DNA of 64,000 bases, taken from an uncultured virus (IMG/VR IMGVR_UViG_2061766007_000155). Lineage: Duplodnaviria; Heunggongvirae; Uroviricota; Caudoviricetes. Below the pieces are notes generated by a model. That model had not been told where the DNA came from. It made no database searches and saw only the letters and a program-made list of their open reading frames with translations. A program made the translations under genes and the position numbers. The stretch lies in the IMG/VR virus record IMGVR_UViG_2061766007_000155; one strand, written 5' to 3'. Positions 36,190 to 46,231 of the stretch are shown one piece after another (position 1 is the first letter of the stretch; each line of letters starts with the position of its first letter).

Positions 36190-37827
36190 ATGGAAAACAT
36201 TCAAACTCCGATATATGTGCAGCCGCAATCGGCTGTGCAACAGCCGGTGCCTGCGATGCCACAGTACGAGGTGTCGCCGTCATTGCAGCCGGCATACCTG
36301 CAGCCGCAACAGCAGGTGGTTGCGCTTACTAGGGAAGACCTTGTAATCAGAGTATTCTTTCAGGATTCGTCGGTAGGTCCGAAGCTACGTGACACCCTGA
36401 GACCTGAGTTGTTCCAGGACCAGAACAACAGAAGTATCGTTGAGATTATCCGTAAGTTCGAATCGAAGCACGGAAGGATTCCGACTGCGCAAGAACTTAT
36501 TACTGGCATGGGCGCGAATGACTACGCCATCCAGGCCAGGGATAAGCTGATGTTCATCTACAACACGCCTATCCAGACAATGCACCAGGACTATGTAATC
36601 CTGATGCTCGAATCGTTCTTCAAGGAACGCCTGTCGGAAGAAATCCTTGTTACCGCGGCCGAGTCCATCCACGACAAGCGTGTGGACGGCATCAGGGACC
36701 TGATTCCACGTCTGCAGTCGGCGGTAAACTTCAGCCTGCATACCGACCTCGGCATCAACATGTACACCGACGCCGACCTCGCGCTTGCCAAGCTCCGCGA
36801 GCAGAAGCAGTGTATCCCGTCGGGAATCAACGAAATCCGCTACTACACCGGACGCCCGGACGCGAACGGCATCATGGCAGGCGGCGGTTACTACCGCAAG
36901 ACATTGACCCTGTTCGTTGGTCAGCCGAATATCGGTAAGTCCCTCACGCTCTGTAGCGAGGCGGCCTATGCTTACATGAACGGGTTCAATGTCCTGTACA
37001 TCACGCTCGAACTTGCCGAGGACTACGTATGGCAGCGTCTGGCGGCCAACATCTGCGCTACTGATTTCTATGACGTTCTCCATCTTACCGGAGATATCGT
37101 AAGGCAGAAGATTGACGCTTCTGTTCAGGCTGCCCGCAGTGTCGGTGCACGTCCAGGACAGCTCCAGGTCCGCTACATGAAGACCACGACTACCCCGGTG
37201 GAAATCGAGGCGGTAATCGACTCGTTCGAGATTGCACACGGCAAGCTCGACCTGCTCGTGGTAGACTATATCGGTATCATGAAGCCAGCCACCCGCGGGC
37301 GTGTGAGCGAGAGTTCGATGTACAATGACGGCGTCATGAAGGCGGAACAGCTCCGCGACATCGCCATCGAGCGCAACTTCGCATGTCTTTCCGCAGTCCA
37401 GTTCAACCGTAGCGGTTACCATAACGTGGAAGCCGGTATCGAGTCCGTCGAAGGCTCCTCGGGTTATGCGGAAACGGCCGACCTGATGATTTCCCTTACG
37501 GCGAACGACGTGTCCCGTTCCATGGGCATCTTCTGCCACTACATCCTGAAGTCCCGTCTCGGACCTGCTCTCGTCATGTTCCTTACCAGGTGCGACTTCA
37601 AGCAGATGCGCTGGTTCTCCCCGACCAAGGACGAGGTCAATGCTTATAACACCGCAATGGCAGAAGTCGAGCCGCAGGTGAACTCCCCGCAGCGTGGCGG
37701 CGGAAAGAATGCCCCGAAGCGTGCCATAGGTAAGCCCCAGGAAGCCCAGGCTCTCCCCGGTGCTAACCCGGAACTTCCCAAGGAAGACGCCACGGTAGAG
37801 ATGGAAAGCGTCGGCGACTACGTCTAG
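36190..37827 (+). CDS. Replicative helicase, T4 gp41/DnaB-like
   Basis: GQPNIGKS, VLYITLEL, LLVVDYIG, SAVQFNRSG, ETADLMI, LKSR. Confidence 0.93.
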   Translation: MENIQTPIYVQPQSAVQQPVPAMPQYEVSPSLQPAYLQPQQQVVALTREDLVIRVFFQDSSVGPKLRDTLRPELFQDQNNRSIVEIIRKFESKHGRIPTAQELITGMGANDYAIQARDKLMFIYNTPIQTMHQDYVILMLESFFKERLSEEILVTAAESIHDKRVDGIRDLIPRLQSAVNFSLHTDLGINMYTDADLALAKLREQKQCIPSGINEIRYYTGRPDANGIMAGGGYYRKTLTLFVGQPNIGKSLTLCSEAAYAYMNGFNVLYITLELAEDYVWQRLAANICATDFYDVLHLTGDIVRQKIDASVQAARSVGARPGQLQVRYMKTTTTPVEIEAVIDSFEIAHGKLDLLVVDYIGIMKPATRGRVSESSMYNDGVMKAEQLRDIAIERNFACLSAVQFNRSGYHNVEAGIESVEGSSGYAETADLMISLTANDVSRSMGIFCHYILKSRLGPALVMFLTRCDFKQMRWFSPTKDEVNAYNTAMAEVEPQVNSPQRGGGKNAPKRAIGKPQEAQALPGANPELPKEDATVEMESVGDYV

Positions 37828-37835
37828 GGGGTGCC

Positions 37836-38694
37836 ATGAAGATAGCCGGGATAGACCCATCGATGAACTCGTCCGGCAAGGTTATAATGGACCTTGACGA
37901 CGAGACGTTCGACATCAAGGATATCCAGTTCTACGGGTATCAGCCACGTCTGAATGCAGTCCTTGAAACCGAGCATGTCCACATCATGTGCAGCGGTACC
38001 GACTATGACAAGGTACCCATGCTCGTNNNNNNNNNNCCATCTGAACGCAGTCCTTGAAACCGAGCACGTCCACATCATGTGCAGCGGTACCGACTATGAC
38101 AAGGTACCAATGCTCGTGAGGCAGGAGCGTGCCATCAAGATACTCGAGCGCGACATGGAGGATGTCAAGTACGTTTCCTTCGAGGACTACGCTTACGAGA
38201 AGGCCAACGAGGGGAACAGCAACTCGATTTTCCAGATTGGCGAGTTCTGCGGGGTGTACCGCAGGCACTTCTACCTGCAGGGCAAGGGAATCATCACGTA
38301 CGGTATCGGCCAGATTAAGCATTTCGCAACCGGGGACGGCGATGCCGGCAAGATTGCCATGTGCGAGGCGATGCGGGCCGTCTATCCGCAGTTTTACTAT
38401 CCGGAATTCGACCAGTTCCCTAAACAGTACGAGAGCCCCCACGCGGACCTGTGTGATGCCTTCTGGATGTGCGAGATTCTTCGCAACCATATCAAGCACG
38501 ATATTCTCGGCCCGGACAGCTTGCCCAAGGATATCCTGGCCATGCTCACCTACCATACTCCCAAGAAACAGTACGATACGCGGGCACTGGTGGACTATTC
38601 CCTGGTCAGGATGACGGATTGGCCGGTCGACCTGGAGGCTCTCAAGCTCCGCAAGAAGCCGGTCCGCAAGAAAAAAGCGCAGAAAAAGAAATAG
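37836..38694 (+). CDS. RuvC-like (RNase H fold) Holliday-junction resolvase; two overlapping alleles
   Basis: MKIAGIDPSMNSSG, VSFEDYAY, IKHFATGDGDAGK, DLCDAFW. Confidence 0.8.
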
Positions 38695-38726
38695 TTTCGA
38701 ACCGGAAGAAATACCGGAACGAGACT

Positions 38727-39440
38727 ATGAGCTACAATCCAGATTTTGACGAAGCCGAAGAAGGCTATGCCGGCGACCCCCAGGAAACCGACGGCGTCAA
38801 CCGCGCCGACGACATGGGGCCTACCGGCAAGGAGAACCAGGGCAAGTTCGGGAACGAGGACATCGCTAACGAGATTAACCAGTTCCTTATGACCCAGAGG
38901 TTCCCGGGGGACATATGCATCACCCTGTCGATGCCCGACGCATACCTCAAGAAGGCGAAGGACAAGGTCAACCTCGCCCTGTGGAACGCATACAAGAAAT
39001 ATGCCAGGACGGTACACCGTACGGACAGGCACGGCAACGAGTATGACGTGCCGGGGTTCGGCATGTTCGACATCCTGATGACCCTGGCGCACCTGGTTGA
39101 CCCGATAAAGTTCAACCTCATCCTCGAGAACGACATCAAGCAGAAGGTCGCCGAGGAGAAGGGAATCCGCATCAGCGACGCCGAGCTGGACTACGTGGCG
39201 AAGCACCCGGCCAAGCTGTCTGACGACAGGCGCGACGAGGGCGACATAGTGACCTGCCCGGAATGCCACGGCACCGGCGAGGTCGACGGCGAGGAATGCC
39301 CGCTGTGCCTCGGCGAGGGGAAGGTAAGGAAGGTGGTCGAGGAAGTCGACTCCGTCGAGCCGAATTTCGACGACATGGACATCAACATGGACCAGATTGA
39401 CCAGATTATGCAGGAGATGGGCAACAATGGCGGCATTTAA
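38727..39440 (+). CDS. Hypothetical protein with a DnaJ-type zinc finger
   Basis: CPECHGTGEVDGEECPLCLGEG. Confidence 0.7.
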   Translation: MSYNPDFDEAEEGYAGDPQETDGVNRADDMGPTGKENQGKFGNEDIANEINQFLMTQRFPGDICITLSMPDAYLKKAKDKVNLALWNAYKKYARTVHRTDRHGNEYDVPGFGMFDILMTLAHLVDPIKFNLILENDIKQKVAEEKGIRISDAELDYVAKHPAKLSDDRRDEGDIVTCPECHGTGEVDGEECPLCLGEGKVRKVVEEVDSVEPNFDDMDINMDQIDQIMQEMGNNGGI

Positions 39441-40134
39441 GTTCCCCGAATACGGAAACGTGCTGCGGCAGGAGAACGAGGAGTACGAGAAGAAGTTCGC
39501 CGGCCGCGAGAAGGAAATCGAGGCGACGTCCGCCCTGATTGTCAACGCCAACTTCGACCAGTCCGCGCATAGCCAGCTGGTGAAGACGGAGGCGTACAAC
39601 AAGTGGATTACCAAGCTGCGCGAGGAAAGGGACAACCCGTTGCTCGGCAAGGACTACATGATGCGTGCCCCGGAATTCGAGCGCGAGTCCGAGGAAGTTA
39701 CCGAGTCCAACTACATGGACGACAAGGAAGCCGAGAAGATTCTCACCGTCAAGGACGAGAAGCACGAGGGCGTCATGCACGTGGACGACGAGTACAACCC
39801 GAACGTCACCGAGGAGGCCCTCAGCCACGACGAGATTTCCCGCCGCTTCGTGGAGGCGTGCGTCATCGACAACACCACGCAGAAGTGCCTCGGGTGGGCG
39901 TTCGAGGACATCCTGTCCGAATGCGCCGCCGAACTCGAGAAGGAATTCTCGGAGGTGGAGGACTACTCAGTGCCGGACGACTTCGACCAGCTCGTCGAGG
40001 CCTCCGTCGAGAAGGCGGAGAAGCTGCAGCTGCTCGGCCACGATACCGGGCCGAGGATGGCAATCCCGCACCTCAAGTCCGACGATTGTAAAAAATCGGA
40101 AACGTCCGAGGAAAAGTCCGAAAATGACACTTAG
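39427..40134 (+). CDS. Hypothetical acidic protein
   Basis: Overlapping start, GGAG upstream, strong codon bias. Confidence 0.65.
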   Translation: MAAFKFPEYGNVLRQENEEYEKKFAGREKEIEATSALIVNANFDQSAHSQLVKTEAYNKWITKLREERDNPLLGKDYMMRAPEFERESEEVTESNYMDDKEAEKILTVKDEKHEGVMHVDDEYNPNVTEEALSHDEISRRFVEACVIDNTTQKCLGWAFEDILSECAAELEKEFSEVEDYSVPDDFDQLVEASVEKAEKLQLLGHDTGPRMAIPHLKSDDCKKSETSEEKSENDT

Positions 40135-40244
40135 CTGTCAAAAATAAATGCTATATTTTAGAACGAGCCGGTGGCCCGCATGCATTACCTGGCCCCCGGC
40201 CGTTTTAACCGGTTAACAACAAACAAATCATAAGGAAGTATCCT

Positions 40245-41602
40245 ATGGAAAACACACAAGTACCCAATGGGGGTATGCTCATGGTGACCGTCCCGGCATC
40301 GCAGCCGGCGGCCGCGACCCAAGGCGGGAAGCAGACAGACCCGCGAATCTGGCGTCCTCGCGTGACGAAGGACAATACGAAGTACGAAGCGCTCCTCCGC
40401 GCACTCCCGCGAGGCAGGGACATGGGCGCATATCCGTACGTCATGGTTCAAATTCACCGCCTCCGCGATACAGCGAGCGGACTTACAAGAGTTTTCAAGT
40501 GCTGCAAGAACGTGCCGGGCGTGCGTAACTGCCCATACTGCGAAGACGTATGGGGCCGTTACGGTGCCGCCAAGGAACAGCCGGGCGCAACCAAGGATAG
40601 CCTGAAGGTCTATCTCCAGCAGCTTCCCGAAGAGGAATGGTACGGCAACTTCCTCATCCGCCAGGACGTGAACCACCCGGAACTCAACGGGCAGGTCAAG
40701 GTCTGGGCACATTCCAAGTACCAGCACGCCGCCTTCCAGGACCCGGTGGACAAGCTCATCGAGCAGCAGACCAAGGCTGCCCAGGGCAATACCGGCAACG
40801 GCATCAACGTCGATACCGGCGACGCCTTCGTCCCGTATGACCCGATGTCCGGCTACGACTACCACCTCGTCGGAACATGGGATGCCGAGAAGTCATTCGG
40901 TAACGGCCGCCGCAAGGGCGCACCCACCTACAAGGGAAGCGCGTTCCTCAAGGCTCCCAGCCCGCTCTTCTCTAAGACCGTGGTTGACCCGGCCACCCAG
41001 CAGCCGGTAGCAGTGTTCGACGAACAGTCGACCCTCGCCATCCTTGACCAGTGCTACGACCTCAACTTCGTGTTCGAGGACATCCCGACGCCGCAGCAGG
41101 CCATCGAAGACCTCCAGAATTTCTGGAAGGAAGCCAACGAGCTTGCACAGCAGCGCGCAATGTCCGGCAACCGTGGCGGATACGGCGCACATCAGGCTGC
41201 CGCCCCGGCAATGGCAGCAGCCCCGGCAATGGCCCCTGGCTATGCGGCACAGCCGTTCCAGACAGGCGCATACGCCGGTGCTCAGAACGCTATCCCGCAG
41301 GTACCCAGCAACGCCAAGATTACCACCAACAACAACGCCGCCGCGTTCATGGGTCAGGCCCCGGCTACACCGGTGCAGACTCAGGTCCTCTCGACCAACG
41401 CCCAGGCACCTATGCCTGTCCCGCAGACCCCGGCAACCCCGGCATATGCGCAGACCCCGGCACAGATGATGGCCCCGGTTCAGCCGGCTGCTCCCGCAGC
41501 TCCTGCAATGAACCCCGGCTACCAGGCCATGGGTGTTCAGCCTCAGCAGNNNNNNNNNNTCCTATCGTCGAAACCGATAGCGATGATGACCTCCCATTTT
41601 AG
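40245..41602 (+). CDS. Single-stranded DNA-binding protein, T4 gp32-like; alternative allele tail at 41679-41882
   Basis: DPRIWRP, ALLRALP, CCKNVPGVRNCPYCE, HPELNGQVKVW, YDPMSGYDY; P/A/Q-rich linker; C-terminal DSDDDLPF. Confidence 0.88.
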
Positions 41603-41915
41603 TACAAACTAACAAAACTAAATTGTTCCATCGATGCAACTCCGCCCGGAAACGGGTGGGGTTGTTTGNNNNNNNNNNGCTGTGTTCCCGCAGGCTGCTC
41701 CGGCAGCACCGGCAGCACCGGCAGTCCAGGCAGCCCCGGCGGCAGCACCGGTACAGCAGACATACGTGCCTCCCGCAGCTCCCCCGCTGAACCCGGGTGT
41801 GCAGGTGGGAATGCCCGGTGTGCCCGCGGCAGGTCCGGCCCCTATCGTCGAGACCGATAGCGACGACGATTTGCCCTTTTAGTACAAACTAACAAAAGTA
41901 AATTGTTCCATCGAT

Positions 41916-41948
41916 GCAACTCCGCCCGGAAACGGGTGGGGTTGTTTG
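41916..41948 (+). terminator. Intrinsic terminator after SSB; allelic copy at about 41636-41668
   Basis: GCAACTCCGCCCG-GAAA-CGGGTGGGGTTGT-TT. Confidence 0.75.
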
Positions 41949-41986
41949 TATATGGTCGAATAAATTGCTATATTTGCGTATGACTT

Positions 41987-43153
41987 ATGGCAATTAGTTA
42001 CGACGACATACCCGCTGCTGTCTACGACAGCGCGATTAGGGAGCAGTTTGGTGCACCAGAGTTTGCTCTGGACGACACCAATCCGAACTACTACAATTTC
42101 GTGTGTCCCAATCCCGAATGCGGTGATTTCAATCGGCCAAACAAGAAGAAGGCGTATATCTACACGGACACGTGGCAGTTCGTATGCTACAAGTGTACCC
42201 CGATGATGCCATTCGCAAAATGGCTACACCAGCATGACGAGGACGCATATCGTCGCCTTCTCTTCAACGCCTTCGGCCCGAACCGTGGACACCGTGATGA
42301 CTCTTCACCGTTGCCGGTCGCCCCCAGGCCTACCGACGCGTCGCTTCCGTTCAAGGAAGGCGAGATAATCCCCATACTGTCAAACCACCCGCTTGCTATT
42401 GCCGGGCTTAACCTTTGTAAGCAAAGGCGCATACGAGAGGAAGTGTACTCCGATTGGTTTGTCTGCCTGCAGGGTGACCAGTTTCTAAACCGCGATGCAA
42501 ACGGCAACTATGTCCTTGATGCCAAGGGACATCCGACGGGGAACGAGTATCATAACCGAATCATCATCCCGTTCTACCACTTCGGAGGCAAGTGGGGGCA
42601 GTTCGACGCGAGGGCCATAGACCAGGCGAACCCCCTGCGTTACAGGAACTTTACCGGAGTTAAGCGTACCGCGTACAACATTGACTTTATCAACTACGAT
42701 GAACCCATTTACATTCTCGAAGGCACAATCGATTCTACCTTTGTCCATAACGCGATAGCAATCGGCGGTATCCAGCACTTCAACGAGATAATCTCTCAAA
42801 ATCCTAGACTCCTGGAGAACAAGGACAAGGTCGTCGTACTTTGGGACAATGACGAGAAAGGCCAGGAGGCCCGCGCAAGGACCTGCGAGCTGGGATACAA
42901 GTGGTTTACCTGGGAAGGTATCAAGAGCAAGGACATCAACGGTGCCGTGATGGCAGGCGAACTCCCCGTTGACGAGGAAGGCTTCGTCCGCCGTGATGCA
43001 ATCGAGGCCAGGGTGAGGAACCCGGAAGCCGCGGGAATACTGTTTGCCCTGAAGTACGGCAACATGAAGAAGGAAGCCGCCAAGAAGAGGTTCGAGGGAA
43101 TCAGGAAGTTCAAGGAGCAGAAGAACTCCAGGAAACCGGAGGTGTTCTTCTAA
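41987..43153 (+). CDS. DNA primase, T4 gp61-like
   Basis: Zinc finger CPNPECGD...CYKC; RIIIPF; TOPRIM YILEGTIDS, WDNDEKG, KDIN. Confidence 0.92.
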   Translation: MAISYDDIPAAVYDSAIREQFGAPEFALDDTNPNYYNFVCPNPECGDFNRPNKKKAYIYTDTWQFVCYKCTPMMPFAKWLHQHDEDAYRRLLFNAFGPNRGHRDDSSPLPVAPRPTDASLPFKEGEIIPILSNHPLAIAGLNLCKQRRIREEVYSDWFVCLQGDQFLNRDANGNYVLDAKGHPTGNEYHNRIIIPFYHFGGKWGQFDARAIDQANPLRYRNFTGVKRTAYNIDFINYDEPIYILEGTIDSTFVHNAIAIGGIQHFNEIISQNPRLLENKDKVVVLWDNDEKGQEARARTCELGYKWFTWEGIKSKDINGAVMAGELPVDEEGFVRRDAIEARVRNPEAAGILFALKYGNMKKEAAKKRFEGIRKFKEQKNSRKPEVFF

Positions 43154-45301
43154 TGCCAGCCATACTCAAGACCGCCTACAAGAACAGGAACAAGGCGCCG
43201 GAATTTGTCGGCTACATGTGGCTGTCGAGATACCTCAACGTGCCCACCCCGAAGCTCAAGTCGAGCGGCGTGTTCGACGACATACCGTTCAGGTACGACG
43301 AGTCCGGCAAGAAGCTGTTCAAGTACACGGCCGCCATGGACGCCATAGCGAAGTTCCGGCTGACCCCGCCGGACAACCTGCACCCGATGCACGAGTTCAC
43401 CAAGGCCGAGGCCATGGTGGAGATGGGGATGAAGCCGGAGCAGTTCACCATGTACGAGCGCTCCGGGAAGCTCCGGACGCACATATCGCCGGTAACCGGG
43501 CATGGCGCGGTCTACCGCAAGGACATCGACAGGTTCTACCGGGAATGGCTTCCCGAGTACATAGTCAGCAACATCACCATGCCGATAAGGCGCGCTGTCG
43601 CGGCCGTGCTGCTCGACGTCAACAAGTATACGCTCAGGAGGAACACCCGCGAGGGGAAGATTTCGTACGAGCCTAGGAAGCGCGGCGACCCGTACAGGTA
43701 CAGCAAGACATCGCTGCTGAAGTACCTGCGGAACGGAACGTACAGGCGGTTCAGGCGCACCCCGCTGCCCGACTACCTGACGTCAAGCGTCGCTGCCATC
43801 TACATGGGCATATCCGACGGGCACTTCGCCAACCTCAGAATGCTCGGCCTTGTCAAGCTCGCGGAGAACCCGGTAGGCACCGGGGCCTGCCAGTTCTGCT
43901 ACAGGAGGAGCGAGCTGGACGACGCCCTGGACAAGATAAACGCCAGGACATACTACTGCGACGGCCTCACCTACTATACGCGGCGTGCAATCAAGTACAA
44001 GTTCCTCAAGAGCGAACGCTGGGTGGACGATTTCATAGCCGGGAAGTGCCGGCGGGTGCTCTCGAAGGACAAGATAGTGCCGCCGACGGGAAAGACGTCC
44101 GTTCCGCCAAAGGGATGGCTGAAGGAGGACGTCGAGAGGGTAGTCGCCTCCGGCGTCGAAGTGAAGATTACGCGCATCCGCCACCTGTCGCTGTCAAAGA
44201 AGAAGCTGTCTAGCATCACGCAGCTGGCCACCCCGCCGGTCGTGTTCTCCACCCCAATCGAGCAGATGGAGGCGGCAATCGCCGCGTCCATGAAGGCCGG
44301 GAAGGAGGAGTCGGCACGCAGGCGGAACGAGGCCCTGAGGAAGGTGGAGGCCGAGTCCGCCAGGCTGAACGCCATACGCAACGTCCTCACCGGGGGTCCC
44401 GCCACCAGGCAGAGCAGNNNNNNNNNNAATCGTGTTCAGCTCCACCGGGATGCGCGGCAAGTACGACGAGTACCCGAACTCGAAGGACGAGTGCCTGTTC
44501 CGCACCAGCGGGGGCGCGTCGTTCGGCAAGCGGCAGATACCGCCGTCGTTCGCCAGGGCGATAGCGAACGCTCTCAAGACGTACAGGGCGCAGGACGTAC
44601 GCCTGACACCCGCGTGGTTCGTCCTCGTGTCGGCCACCTCGATAATCACCGACCCTACCTTCCANNNNNNNNNNGTTAAAGACATACAGGGCGCAGGACG
44701 TACGCCTGACACCCGCTTGGTTCGTCCTCGTGTCGGCCACCTCGATAATCACCGACCCTACCTTCCANNNNNNNNNNGCCGAGCAGGAATGACATGCTCC
44801 GCTTCGCCGAGGAACGTCCCATAGTCACNNNNNNNNNNCAGGGCACTTGCCGAAGTCCCCGAGGGAATCGGCGCGGTCGCCCCGTTCGGGTACGGGTACC
44901 TGATGCCGGACGGCTCCTGGGACAGGTGCCCGGTGTCATACGGGACGTACGGGATGTACAGCGAGATTACCGGCGAACGCCGGAGGGTAGAGGGCATTTC
45001 CGGGTCGTTCGGGTCGCACCCGGTGGCCGTGATGGACGGCCCGTTCGTCGCCATCCGCGGCGAGTACATACAGGAACTGGAATACATCGGCTTCTTCCAG
45101 CAGCTCGGCGACCAGCGAGGCCTGCTCGGCCCGGTGATGTCCGGCATCTGCCGGAAGTTCTCCATACCGATGATGCAGGTGCCTATCGAGAGCTGGTCCA
45201 GCCTGGAGTATTTCGTGCGCCCGAACACGCCGGAGATGAATCTGGGAATCGAAAGAATTGCTAACTTTGTAGAGAGGCCAATCGAGCGCCTCCGAGGATA
45301 A
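43153..45301 (+). CDS. Protein with tandem Xis/MerR-like winged-HTH units and a C-terminal GT-A-like domain (fragmented)
   Basis: Repeats such as FTKAEAMVEMGM..ERSGKL..YRKDIDRF and YLTSSVAAIYMGI..YRRSELD; fragments chain ATRQSR-NDMLRFAEERPIVT-IVFSST to a stop at 45301. Confidence 0.55.
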
Positions 45302-45307
45302 TGACCT

Positions 45308-46192
45308 ATGGAACCACAGATAATCACGATGAGCCCGCAGTTCTTCGCGTTGCTCAAGAAACTGACGATGGTGAGCAAGTCTAAGGCCACCGTTTTCTTC
45401 AAGGCCAACGGCAGGTGCAGAATCACCGTCCCGACCACGGCGACCTTCCTGCACATATCCGCCGGCCCCCACGACCTGGACTTCGGCGGCAACGAGGTGT
45501 GTGTCGCTTCACTGATGGAGTTCATCCGTTTCTGCGAGCTGGTTGGCTTCCCGGGAACTGCCGGGGCTTCCGTTAGCGTGCTGGACGAGACCCTCACGAA
45601 CGGGCACGTATACCCGATGGTGAAGTTCATGAACGGCGACGCGGAGACGGCCACCAAGGTGGCCCGCACCGTCTGTGCGGACCCGACCAGGTTCGACCAG
45701 AAGGCGAGACACTCGCCGCTGGAACGCGACAAGGACCCGATGAACTGCCTGGCGACCGTGGCTCTCGACAGGAACGAGCTCAAGACCATGTGCGACGAGC
45801 TGAAGATGGTTCCGGGATGCCAGTTCGTTTCCGTTGTGCTGACCCACAGCAAGGTCAACATCTACATGAAGGGGCGCACCGGCCAGCAGATTACCAACAC
45901 CATCCCGAGGAACTGCACCAGGATGGGCTCGGCAGCCAACATCGACGCCGCCTACGCCAGCTCCCACGACAAGTTCCGCAAGATTCCCGCCATGTACTTC
46001 AACATCCTCAAGGGAATCGACACCGACTACGAGATGGAGATTAGGCACATCAAGACCGACACGCGCGACAAGATGACCACGAAGGCGTTCTCGTCCATCG
46101 CCGGTGCCGACCCGGCGGACCCGATTTCCCTGTACGTAGCGGCACTGGAGAGCGACGGCGGCGAAATCAACCACGAGAGCCTGGTCGAATAA
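45308..46192 (+). CDS. Sliding clamp, T4 gp45-like
   Basis: N-terminal MSPQFFALLKKL, V-SL-EFI, VCADP and C-terminal YVAALESD parallel gp45; replication-module context. Confidence 0.7.
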   Translation: MEPQIITMSPQFFALLKKLTMVSKSKATVFFKANGRCRITVPTTATFLHISAGPHDLDFGGNEVCVASLMEFIRFCELVGFPGTAGASVSVLDETLTNGHVYPMVKFMNGDAETATKVARTVCADPTRFDQKARHSPLERDKDPMNCLATVALDRNELKTMCDELKMVPGCQFVSVVLTHSKVNIYMKGRTGQQITNTIPRNCTRMGSAANIDAAYASSHDKFRKIPAMYFNILKGIDTDYEMEIRHIKTDTRDKMTTKAFSSIAGADPADPISLYVAALESDGGEINHESLVE

Positions 46193-46195
46193 CTA

Positions 46196-46205
46196 TATAA
46201 ACTAC
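46196..46205 (+). promoter_or_regulatory. Putative late promoter
   Basis: TATAAACTAC. Confidence 0.65.
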
Positions 46206-46231
46206 TGGGAAATCGAATTACGAGGTTCCCA

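Noticed and set aside
36140..36190. Riboswitch-like alternative hairpins in the helicase leader
   Set aside because: The stems are short (4-6 bp) and match no family I recognise; this cannot be supported without covariation data
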